From NCBI GenBank assembly GCA_951406725.2, contig OX597814.1, positions 36,580,001 through 36,644,000 of the forward strand: a stretch of 64,000 bases of DNA. The letters run 5' to 3'. Positions 51,901 through 64,000 of the stretch are shown here, piece after piece (positions within the stretch are counted from its first letter, which is position 1; each line of letters opens with the position of its first letter). The stretch is from Octopus vulgaris (Eukaryota). The position numbers were made by a program, and so were the translations under genes. Under the pieces are notes generated by a model. The model did not search any database, had not been told where the DNA came from, and saw only the letters and a list, made by a program, of their open reading frames with translations.

Positions 51901-52408
51901 TAGGTAGATAGCCCGGTAGGTATATAGAAGGAAAGGAAGAAAGATAAGTACATAAAAAAGACAAAGATCTAGGGATGTAGAACACGGATTTTATTAGATA
52001 ATATATGTTACTTGCAGAAATCATTTAAAAGCATAATCATAAACGAATCTAAATAATAATGAATGAAAAGAATTCCTGAATGAAATTTAGGTAAGATAAT
52101 GGCAATCTTTCATTATGAGAAAAGAACAATGATATCGGATGTAATACAAAAATATAAATTAAAGAATTCGAGTAAAAACTACTTGAAAAATAGCTGTTAA
52201 TATCTGTCTATTGATTGATTAAAGATAGATCCGAATGATTATTATTATGTTGTTGTTGAAATAATCTAATTTGAACAACGCGTTTCATTACAAATTTAAA
52301 CATCTATTTCCTACGCTTGAAATATGTCCTACACTGCAGGCAATTTATGTTGAAATCTTATCTACAGTTTCATCATTATAATAATTTAAGGAAACCCACC
52401 TCATCCCT

Positions 52409-52439
<31 letters not shown>

Positions 52440-55389
52440 ATCTGAATAGGAACAATACACAATACGTTACAAGCTAGAACAATGCACAATACATTTTCTA
52501 CTAGTCTGCTAGCTTTTGAATAGCTATGCAATGGTTATGTAATGTCTTATATCAATTACTCACAACGGTCATATTTTCGCAACTATACTGTAAAGCTAGT
52601 AATGATAGATCAGTAATGACAAAGCTTTGCAATACGCATCAGCAAATACACGCTATGTGACTTGAGGTAACATGCTATAGATTTCAAACATCTATTTGTT
52701 ATTTCAGGTATGGAAAACTCTCTAAACATGACAAAGAATTTTAAAAAGATTAACAGAAAATTTCGTCGTAGAGATATCTGACGATGCAGCTCTATATATC
52801 AATGCCCATAAATTAACAACTCAACCTTCGCTTTGAACTGGAGGGTACAATGCGTTAACTTCATGGTTTTTAGCTTCTTTAAAAATTATTTCATTCATAT
52901 TTTCTGAATTCAGACATAATGGCATCAACTATTGATAGAAACAAATTGACATACACACACACACACACACACAAAAAGAAGCGGACGAAATTTAGAAGAT
53001 TGATAGGCTGAACAACAGTATAGCACCATTGATAAGATTGAGAAATTTCATTATATATGTAAGTAGCTGGTGAATAGAACCAGGAACGTAAACAAAAATT
53101 TTGACTCTAAACGCTAGTGGCTTCTAGAAATCACTGAAGATACGATTAAATATTAGTGGCTTCTAGAAAACACTAAAGATTATAGCAGCAGTAACACATT
53201 TAAAGTCACAAACTTATTTAAATAATTCTTTGGCCTTTTTATTTAGTAACTGTATGGTTTTGCATTTCACACATACTGTTGTTGATAATGGAAAATCGTT
53301 AAATGCTTGTGAATTTATTAAAGGTAGTTTGGCTAAATGTATATCGCTTTGTTTGACCAGTTACATAAAGAGGATTCTGCTATAAAGTGAGCGGATTAGT
53401 TAGCAATATGAAGTAATACCCCAAAGGCAGAGTTATGAAATGAATGCTAATACAGGAAATCAAATTTAAGAATTCTTAAATACTTGTCACATCTTTTTGA
53501 TTGTCTATTTTATTGGCTTAATAAACTGTTATTGGGCGATATGTTCTCGGAGATCCTATTCCTGACATGCATGAATATATCACAAAATGTTTCCTAAGGT
53601 TTAAATATATTCGTTAAAAGTAATTTCAGTTATGGCTGATGGTGCCACTAAGATGGTAGTCCTCAATATTGGTTTGGTAACGCAACTTACAAGAGTGTAC
53701 ATCATACTATTTATCTTTCGTTTTTCCTGAACTATACATTGAATGCTGTTTCAAATTGTAAGATTTTACAATTTCATTAGATGAGAATATGCAATAGAAA
53801 TAGTCAGTTTGAGAGCTGAGAGGGCTAAGAATTAAATTTACTTGAAAATTATGATAGTAATGCATAATAGAGTACGATAAGTTCTGGAACAGTTTGTTGG
53901 AAGTTTTACTATTTTCAAATAAAAACAAGGTGCATAATTCTACTGCTAAATTATTTTAACCTGGTTCTGTAACTTACATTTTAACGAGTATTTTTATTGT
54001 ATCCAAACCAAATAAATTTAATCTTATGAAAGTCTATTGACGCGGTAAGTTGTTTGATCAAGAGTTTCGAGAATAATCTCGACATATTTTAATCTTTTAA
54101 AGAAACCAAACTATAAGGATGTTGCAAAATACACGATACCAGCTTATAGAAGTTCGGAGTGCTGTGACTGAAAGTTTAATTCAAGATTTGTGCAGTTTAA
54201 AGAAAACAATACAATTGAGAAAATATTGCAACGGGGGAAAATTCAGGGTCCGGAATTAGATACGCATAAATGGTGGGGATTTAAAAGATTTAGAAGTGCA
54301 GTTAGACGACTTATAATCTAATCTTGTTCCGGTAAGTAAATCCATTACACTTAGAATAAATTGAATATGAACGTGTGCAAGAAACTGCGAATAAACTTTC
54401 AAAATGTGAACGTCTAAAAAGTGGAACTGCATTCCCGAAAATGTTAGTACTATTAAAATGTTTGTGAACACATTCCTAAAAACTCACATTGTTTTACTCA
54501 TGTGAAGTATTGTTTTCAGCATTGGAAGTCGATTTCTGTGCTGCCTGCATCGTATTAAAACGTACAGTCTATATCCTCTTGACATACAAAATGTTTGTTC
54601 GAACTATGCAACAAAATTGTCGTGAAGGTTGAGGAAATATTTTCTTATACTTTCATTTCATTATCCTAGTTTTATTCTGACTTATTAAAGTATTCATTTG
54701 TATGTTATTAAAATAATTGATTTCTTAACACGTGCGAAAATTAGCTCGTTTGTATGTAAGCATTTCCTATACAATAAGTATATACAACGGACTTAAAAGA
54801 TTCACTCTCACCGGCAAAAATACAGACTAGAGGCTTTCGATGATAATCCTGCATTCTCCCAATCCTCTTCAAATTGTGCATTCTGTTATAAGAATAAAAA
54901 ATACATCACTCGTACAAGCAATTACTGGCACTGCAGGAATTAATTATTCAGTAGGTTAGCAAAATAGTTCTATAACATATCATAAAAAACCGAAATATGA
55001 CTTACATCATTTAATTTTTGAAACAAATGATTCAAGAAAAGCTAATGCATATCTTAACTAAATTCATGGAATTCTATTGTAAATGCCTTTTATGATTTGA
55101 ATAAACATACAACATATTTCAATATATAACACATAAAGACTTCAAAATATCCAATTTAAATGATTGTAAGTAATAATCTCTAACAGACATGCAGCCATAA
55201 ATTCGGTGGGAGATGAATGGTCGATTATGTAGGCCTTCGTACTTTATACTATCCATCTTGGGAGGATAAAGAGCAAATTTGATCTGAGTGGGATATAAGC
55301 ACAGAATGGAAAGCACTCATATCTGCAAAGAATTTTGTCCAATGCTCTAATAATTTTGACAATCCCCTACCTCGTTTTAAGCCATAATA

Positions 55390-55556
55390 ATGATTCTTGA
55401 AATAGGAACCAGACCAGCAAATTTGAGGGGAGTTGGTTAATAGATTTATTGATTCTAAACTAAGACAGGCGAAGTTGATTTCGATGCAGGTTGAACTCAG
55501 AACGTAAAGAGCTCGAATATATTTTGAAAGGCACGATGACTCTGCCCAACCAAAGC
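55390..55556 (-). mobile_element. SINE family A, diverged
   Basis: ccagcaaatttgagggg...ttgaactcagaacgtaaag...tctgccc. Confidence 0.55.
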
Positions 55557-56198
55557 CATTTCCCAAACCACAGTACTAAAAGTAATACAATATTGACGTC
55601 TTTGAAAGTTAAATGGGAAAATGTTTGAATTTAAAATTTTCAAAATATCTGAAATTTAACTCTTAGATTCAAACAACTAATCGTAGCTACATGGGTACAT
55701 TGCCAACGTTGAAAACACACTCTTCTATGCGGAAAGGTAATTACGCGATCTGTATTATTTCAAATTTTTACTAATTTCTTATGGAGACAAAGGTAGGGTC
55801 CATAACATGGATGCAGATATTTGTAAAAAATAGAACCGGAAAGAACACCCAAGGGGACAGATTTTACTGATAAACAAAGTGACGCATTCGCTTTATCACA
55901 CAAAACCAGTTCAATGTATAGTAGTTATATTTTCCATCGACTCGATTTTACTTACAATGTTTGACTCTCAGTCTATAGAGGAGATATTTGTCAAAAGTGC
56001 CAAGCTTAGACATCAGGGAAATCTTTAATTTAATCTGTATTTTCATCACAATTAATGATATAAATGCTTCATTGTATTTTATGATAAATGGTAATGTTCA
56101 ATGTTACAAGAAAGCAATAGAAAATACATAATGTTTCTTTACAAAATAATGTTTATGGTACATTAGCTGCATGAGATGTACTTCTGCAGAATATCATA

Positions 56199-56434
56199 CA
56201 GTGTGGCCCAAAAGTAGGTTTACAGTTATTCAACTATCTCTTTCGCATTCATATATTAATGGTTTAGATCTTAATTATTAAAACAAAATCACACCATTAT
56301 TCTATGCTAATTTAGTTAATTTTGTCAAGCACCCTTTTCAGTTTGTAAGATAGAATTTTAAATGTAATAAAATGTTTTAAATGAAATTCAAAGAAACTAC
56401 GTGATAACTGTAAACCTGCATTGGGGTCACCCAG
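56199..56434. mobile_element. Tc1/mariner-derived MITE
   Basis: TA|cagtgtggcccaaaagtaggtttacagttat ... ataactgtaaacctgcattggggtcacccag|TA: imperfect ~31-bp TIRs with TA at both ends. Confidence 0.8.
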
Positions 56435-57437
56435 TATAATAACATATACAGTTGTATAAGTGGAAGAGATAGGTCTTGTTTTTTTAGATATTGATTAAAT
56501 TAATTATAATATGTAGTCTTCTGTGTCTTTAACAAAGATAGTGTTGACTTCAATTTCCACCCCCTTCAAAAATCATAGAATCAGTTCTGTGGATATTTCA
56601 AACAATTTATAGTCGCCTTTTACGGAGCTATCTGCTTGTGACAGCTATCATAAAATATATTATGACTATTTAAATATTGTGTATGCTGAAATTTTGTCTT
56701 ATCTAATCTCTAAGCTTCAAAGACTTATTGTAAATAATATTGCCTCCTTGGGCCACATTTCTTTTCCAAGTTGATAATTAACTGTAATTCTCGGAATTAA
56801 ATTAGAATAACTTGTTCTGATAAAATCCAACTTGCCAATATCTAGTTTGGCCAAAATCAGAGCCTTCAGACATATATTGGCAAGTGAAGAAACGTTGCAC
56901 CAATATGAGTAGAGATTACACCATAGTTCCAGATTAGATTTGTACACAGCATTGGCATAGAGGTAATGTTGCAGAGGTATTCGATTAGTTGTTTTTAAGT
57001 TTGTATATTGATTTTTATAGCAAACGTTTGGAAATTTAATTCTATTCGAATTATTATTCATTTTTTCGCATTTTCGTCGCATCTACTTAAAGAAAGATGA
57101 AGATAGTTATGAAGGAAATTAAATTTTTATATCTATTAACTCAGGTCCATCAACCTCGTTGCCTCAGTCTCTCGCATTGAAATTTTAGTTCTTACGAAAA
57201 GCAAAAACAGCTGCAATACACCTAGAGAAGTTTTGAAGATTATGGGACTAAAATAAGTAGAACAATTAATTTTATATGGCATAGTATAAACTATAAGACT
57301 GCATCAGTGTATATATGATAGCAGAATTTAAAGATTGATTACAAAAAGATTTTCCTTTACAAAAGTATTCCTTTTTGAATTATAGATTTATCTATAAGAA
57401 AGTTGAAAGGAGGAAAACCCTGGAAAACATTTTCCAA

Positions 57438-57484
<47 letters not shown>

Positions 57485-58915
57485 TAAAATAACTTTAAGA
57501 AACCAATAAAAAAATTAGAATGAAAGATTGCAATTTTTCCATGCGCACACATAGACAGGCACACATACAAATGTACGTACACTCAGGCACACATAAACAC
57601 TCACACACATGTGTATACATGCACACACGCACAATATATATATATATATATATATATGCATGTACTTACATATATTTTACGCCATGAAAAGTATAACCAA
57701 TGTACTACTTCAAAGGAAGAACTAGGGCAGTGAATAATATCTTGTTATATTCTATCAGTAACATATCTTTTTCAAGCTATCGTTGAAAGACTTATTATAA
57801 ATCTTAAACTTTATTGAAACGCACTTTTCTTTAGCTGGTTTATATGTAATTCTACAGAGCCAAAGTTTAGCCCAGTTGTTCATCTATAAAAGTCAAAATT
57901 TTCTATTGAAAATTGTTCTCTTATTAAATGTAAATCGCTATTTTTGCGTAATATTTTTTCCAATGGATTAGAGCGAAGTCTTCGCTGCATATATATGAAA
58001 ATAGAAATCTTAAGGGAAAAATATTGGATTCAATTTCTTGGCAATTTACGTTCCGCTTTATTCCAGGCAATGCATATAACCAATTCCCTTGAAATAGATT
58101 TATAACTCCAATCTACTTATAAAAAATAATATAAAATAAATAAATGAATAAATAATAATGATAAATAAAATATAATACCTTGCTTTGTATTCCTATGCTT
58201 TTATATCTTATTATAGTTTAGCCGTTATGTATATTCTTATCATTCTTACCTTATCCTACTACTCATTTGTTCTTGTTTACAGTCTTTATAATTCTTATCT
58301 TACACCAACCTCTTTCTATTTCTATATTCTTCCTTTTATCGTGATCCAACCCTCCGGCCTTCTTTTCATGTCTACAGCCTTATTTATTTTAATCTGCCCA
58401 CAGCTCTTTTTCATATCCACAAACACATTTCTGTTTATTTCCTTTGATTCTCTTCTATTTCTTTAATATCTCTTCATTTCAAAATGTCTTCCTTGCATTC
58501 TTGTCTCCAGTTATATCTTTTGCCCAGAGAAGATAATTGTATATGTTACCTATTGCTTACCACAGTTCTTGCCTTGTTTTACATATTTATCACAAGCCTT
58601 TCCTAGTTCCTTGTTATTTGTTACATTTTATATCAATCACATATATAAATTATAGTTTCTTCTTATCAGTGATTGTGCACAATACCGTGTGCATTAAAAC
58701 TAAAAGAAGAAACCCAAACAAACAAACAAAAAATGTGTGTGACCTAGGTTCAATTCCAAATTATTTTACTTTGTATGAGAAATATATAGACATCACGACT
58801 ACCATCCTTCCATGACGTGAAGTCAATATTATTGATAACATTTTGATTGATATCACTAACAAAAAGAAAATGGTGAGAAAATTGGTTGTTTACATCACAT
58901 TAGTGTGTCCTGCCA

Positions 58916-58995
<80 letters not shown>

Positions 58996-59017
58996 CTCCC
59001 ACCACACATATATATGT

Positions 59018-59362
59018 GTAGGCGCATTGACCCGGTGGTTAAGGCAGTGGACTCGCGACTTCGATTCCCAGACTGGGCGTTGTGAGTGTTTATTGAGCGA
59101 AAACACTTAAAGCACAACGGGGCTCCGGCAGGAGATGGTGGCGAATCCTGCTGTACTCTTTCACCACAACTTCCTCTTACTCTTTCTACCTGTTTCTGTT
59201 GTGCTTGCATTTCAAAGGACCAGCGTTGTTACACTTTGTGTCACGCTGAATCTCCCCGAGAACTATGTTAAGGGTACAAGTATCTCTGGAGTGCTCAGCC
59301 ACTTGTACGTTAATTTGATTGGATCAACTGGAACCCTCGTCGTTCTAAACGACGGTGTGCCG
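59018..59362 (+). mobile_element. SINE family B with two small deletions
   Basis: Aligns with 5637-6026. Confidence 0.9.
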
Positions 59363-60225
59363 TAGCATATATATATATGTATATATGTATGTGTGTATGT
59401 GTGTGTATGTATGTAGGTATGTGTGTGTGCGTGCGCGCGCGTACATATGTATATAGATATTTATTTAGTAGTTTTTATTTCATTATTTGTAGAAACAAGC
59501 TGTCTAAGGTACGTATTTTAAAGCATATAGTCCTCATTGTAAACAGTTCATGTACAAAGTGTTTTGTAATCTGTTTAGTTAGTAAAGTTTTAGGTTTAAA
59601 TGCAAGTTCAATTAGTTGGCGAAATTGTATAAAATATTTTGTATTAGTGATAGATCGGTATATTACCCTGCACATTTTTTTTTACTTATGAGTCACAGAG
59701 ACAGTAATTGCATGAATCAGTAACAGAAACGTTCAGCCTGCAAGAATCAGCTGGTAAATGCTCCTCAGTTTATATCCTACCAATTTAAACATAGGTTAAT
59801 TACAACTGACAGAAGTCGGGTTGGTCCTGGCTGGAGCATATATGATAATTAGTATGTTTGATCAGGGACGAATTGAGATTAAGCTATAAAAATGGCCTTT
59901 GATATATCTTAAGGCACGTAACTATCAACAGTATTTGTTAATTTTCACCATATATTCACTTAATTCCTTTTATGATGCATGCATTTAGTACGCAGAATAT
60001 TTTCTCCACAGAATATGAACAAATATGCCCCCAAAGAGAAACAACAACCGTTCAATCAAGTAAGTTCTTTACAAATGGGTAGTTTGCATATGAACTGTCC
60101 ATAATAATATAGGAAACTGATTTCATATAATCAAAACAAATAAATAAAATTATACATTCGCGATTGCAAGTAAAATAAATAAAACAAATTTACCAAGCAA
60201 AGTAAAAGTATTTAAATACAAAGTA

Positions 60226-60258
60226 ATATATATATATATATATATACAAGCATACATA

Positions 60259-60312
<54 letters not shown>

Positions 60313-60319
60313 AGCATAC

Positions 60320-60390
<71 letters not shown>
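60226..60390. repeat. (TA)n with a duplicated acaagcatacatata spacer
   Basis: Directly visible. Confidence 0.93.
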
Positions 60391-60394
<4 letters not shown>

Positions 60395-62564
60395 TAAATT
60401 CGTGAATATACATAAATCTTTTAGTTTTCAATATAAAAATAACGCACTTTGATGAGAAATACGTCTAGTTTGTCTAGCATTAGGATGGCAATTACAATAG
60501 TATGTGAAAAACAAATTATAGATTACGTTACTTATTCATTTATTTTGCAATAATGACTTTAGTTTCACCTATCTTATCTAAACCTCCATTCATTATCTTC
60601 TGTCAAGTTATTATGAAATATTTGTGGTTTCTGTCTTTCTATTATTCATTCTTTTCCTTCTTCAATTTTTTTATCTTCTAATTGTTACTTGTAGAGTTTA
60701 TTATAGAACTATGATTATGTCTTATAAACTTGCAGCTGTTTTCAATGCTGTTTCGTAACGTAAACAGACCTCTTAGAAATGAGGATGAAACTATTGACAT
60801 TTAATCAGCTAAGTATTGTCATTCAACTAGCGCGTAATATAATGATTGGGACAATGTGCAGCGATTCCGCAGTCAGTTAGATGCAACAATAGAATAAATA
60901 TATTTTCTGCTTTTGCAGAATGTTTAGTGGCTCGCAGTTATTCTTGGAAGTAATATTTTCAATGCTCTAATCATGATTGTAGTTTAACTCCAGGCCAACT
61001 TCGAATGACCAGTATTATGATTAAGGAAATTCACCACTTGCCCATACTGTTCATTTTACAGGTATTGTACATTTTACGACAGCAGCATGTGGTTTCGTAG
61101 TGAATTAGCTGCTATTTCCAATTAGTAGAAGCTTCAGTTCAGTATGCGTACTGATTATTTATCTGGCTCGTTACTATTTCTATACTAATCGTTCGGAAAC
61201 GTTGATTTCCAAGCGAAGTTCTAGATCCTCGTGTTTTAATTTTGAATAGTATCTGTTTCCATTGGTTGCCCTCCTCCTTGTACATGTTAGGTATATCGAA
61301 TCTATAAACCAAATCTATGTCTGTTGGCCTCATAATTTGGATTTCCTTATGGTTGCAAAGAGTAGTGCATAGATAACTTTCTCTCTGGTATTAAATTCAA
61401 TTATTTTTTTATGTACAGTTCATGCTGTGCTACGCACAACATTGACTATGCCTGCATTGGCTATACATTGACTATATTTTGCCTTGGATTAACAATCAAA
61501 TACTGTTCTACATATCCATATGTCCATTTCCGACACTCCTTACCACACCGTGGCGTGGTAAAATAGGATTTAGCAGCTGAGCGTATAATTGTCAAAGAGA
61601 CGTACATTCTTTGTAAACATTCACCTTAGTTTTGGAGCCGTACCTGTGTTCCTTTTGTTTGTAGAGGGAAGAATAAATATTTCTTTGTTGTTTTTGTTTT
61701 AGTAATTAGTTGCGAGTTCTCTCTTGTTTCTATAACTATTATTAGAGTGCTGCAACAAGAGCCTCATGCGTATTGGCTAAGTATTTTTATAAAAATGTGT
61801 ATACTTCCAATTACAAGCAGTGTTGGTTAATGCTGTGACAAGATTGAGGTATTATTGCATAATGGCTATTCCCTTTCTTCATAATCTGTTGTCTTCACAC
61901 TCATTAGTGTTGACGTAGATCTCGTTAGCTGGCAGCTAATTACTTCGGAGGCGTCTAAGTTCCTAATTCGCTTTCTTATAAGGTAGCGTTAGCTCAGTGG
62001 CCAGAGTAAATGACCCCACCATCTTAATAGCTTCTTTATTATTCACGAGATACATTTTTATTCCTATAGTAGACATTTTATAAGTTTCGAGTTCCAGATG
62101 GCGGTACATTTTTGTGTTTGTGGAAAATATCGTTTAATGTTTCAAGGATTCTGTGTAGTATTCCTTAGAGGTAGCCATTGCGTTTCCTTGTCTTCCTCTA
62201 ATCTTATTAATTCACTAATCTTCCGACTATGAATTTGCAACTATAATTAGTCTTATACTTAGGTCTAATCTGTTTGGTTAAATTATCTTATCACCTTTCA
62301 TCATCGAAAGGTCAATTTAATCTAATGTACCCATCCTAGAACTCTGTGTGCGAGTATGTTACAAATATGGTGGCGGGGGTAAAATAAAAAATCAGTTCTA
62401 CGTAGCAGGTCCGTATTTAACATTGTTGATAATTTCGTTGGAAGTGTAACCAAAACCAATTTAATAAATTCTATGATATAAACAAAAGTCAAATATCTAC
62501 TGTATACTTCTTGACGTAAATCATCACAAAACTCGAATAAGTATTCAAAACAACTTCTAATATT

Positions 62565-62992
62565 GGTTTCAAATTTTGTCACAAGGCCAGCAAATTTGGG
62601 GAGGGGAAACGTCGATTAGATCGAACCCAATATTTAATTGGCACTCATTTAATCGACCCCGAAAAGATGATCTTAGCAGAATTTGATTTTAGAACGTAAA
62701 GATGGAGGAAATGCCACTAGAAATTTTGCCCGGCGTGCTAACTAATCTTACAGCTATTCGCCTTAACTTCTAATATTGGTTTCAAATAGTGGCACAAAGC
62801 TAGCAAGTTTGGGGGAGCGGTTAAGTCAATTTCATCGACCCTAGTGCTCAACTGGTACTTATTTAATCGACGCCGAAATGATGAAAGGCAAAATCGATTT
62901 GGCAGAATTTGAACACAGAGCTTTAAGACGGACTAAATGCCGTTAAGTACTCTGCCCAGCGTGCTAATTATTCTGCCAGCTCGCCACTTTAA
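62565..62992 (-). mobile_element. Two tandem SINE family A copies
   Basis: Each has ggtttcaaat...cacaa...tcgaccc...ttaatcgac.ccgaaa...gcgtgctaa...cgcc. aacttctaatattggtttcaaat is repeated at ~62552 and ~62765. Confidence 0.85.
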
Positions 62993-64000
62993 CAGCTTCT
63001 ATTATCAAACATTGAAATGTATATTACGTTACATTTACAATAATAAAGCTTGATAAATCAAACAATGTAAACATTTTCTTTAAAATAGTGTCCAAAGTTT
63101 GTTGCCATACATTTTTCCTGCAGTTCTATAGTAGATATAACCACATATAATTTATTTTTCTTGTTGTCATTTATGATGAAAATAAGTATAGCTTTACCTA
63201 GAAACTGGAGAGACTTAGTCAAATATTCACTTAAAATTCGTGGTGGATTCGTATCGTCGCATACATCATCCTTACCCTTTTCAGCATAGCGGGGCTTTTT
63301 TTATGCTCATGATGTCCTTATTAGATATTGTCATTCTGCCACGTAAGTTTAACACACGAACACTATCTTAATTTTCTTGATGTTTTGCTTGTCCATCAGT
63401 TTCAGTATTATAGCTTATGAGTATTCACATTTCTCAACATTTATGCGATTATTTCTCCCAACTTATTAACATTTTTATTTAATATATTTCCTGAAAAGCC
63501 AGCAGTAAAGTAACTTGTCGGTGGAAATCCCTAAAAGAAAAATTTTACTTTTAGAGAGCTATTTATAAGGATTTTAAGTGGATTATAAAAGAACAAATCG
63601 ACAATGATTTAGAAGTATATTAATTTATATCTGTTAAATAGAATTTCTTCCTTAACTTTTTATTTTATATTTTATATTAAAATGCTTTACCTTAGGGAGC
63701 AATACCTCCATGAAAATGAGGGTAAACACATAATAAAATTTTAGGTAACGATAGTAAAATAAACGAAACTGTATGATTAGTATTTTTAATCACCATTGAT
63801 CTTATTTTCGTATTTGTATGTTCCCGTAGTTGTTATGCGTGATATAAAGCTTTCATCCAGAAATCGTGAAAATTTAGAAACCCGAATCACAGCATATACT
63901 AAGCTTGTTTGATAAATAATTCTCTGAATGAAGCGTACTCAGAATATTTCCGTACTTCGTTGTATATTATCGTTTATATGGTTATACTCCTTACGAATGT

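Noticed and set aside
53115-53180. 39-bp-period direct repeat (tagtggcttctagaaa)
   Set aside because: Simple two-copy local duplication.
56717-57082. 121-aa minus-strand ORF
   Set aside because: AT-rich, no recognisable domain and no splice support. It may be chance or TE decay.
61984-62010. tagctcagtggccagagt tRNA-like A box
   Set aside because: No B box or cloverleaf follows.

Overview
AT-rich, microsatellite-saturated eukaryotic DNA, most likely from a coleoid cephalopod (octopus-like). This is inferred from the GC-expanded 18S fragment and the tRNA-derived SINE types. No intact host gene is recognisable. The window is mainly decayed mobile DNA: several R4/Dong-type restriction-endonuclease LINE pieces clustered at (TAA)n arrays, two mariners, a DD41D-type Tc1/mariner, a Penelope-like (GIY-YIG) fragment, an RTE fragment, non-autonomous Helitrons, MITE/fold-back hairpins and four SINE families, several with target-site duplications. 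It also holds an orphan 5'ETS-18S rDNA fragment fused to a LINE 3' end. The most interesting signal is on the minus strand: hammerhead ribozyme motifs in short repeats next to TA/CA microsatellites. One is a complete type I hammerhead (42105-42153). The others form a family of minimal hammerheads with a palindromic stem III and stem I covariation (8726-8760, 36977-37012, 42530-42564, 36718-36752). All coordinates and folds were read by eye.
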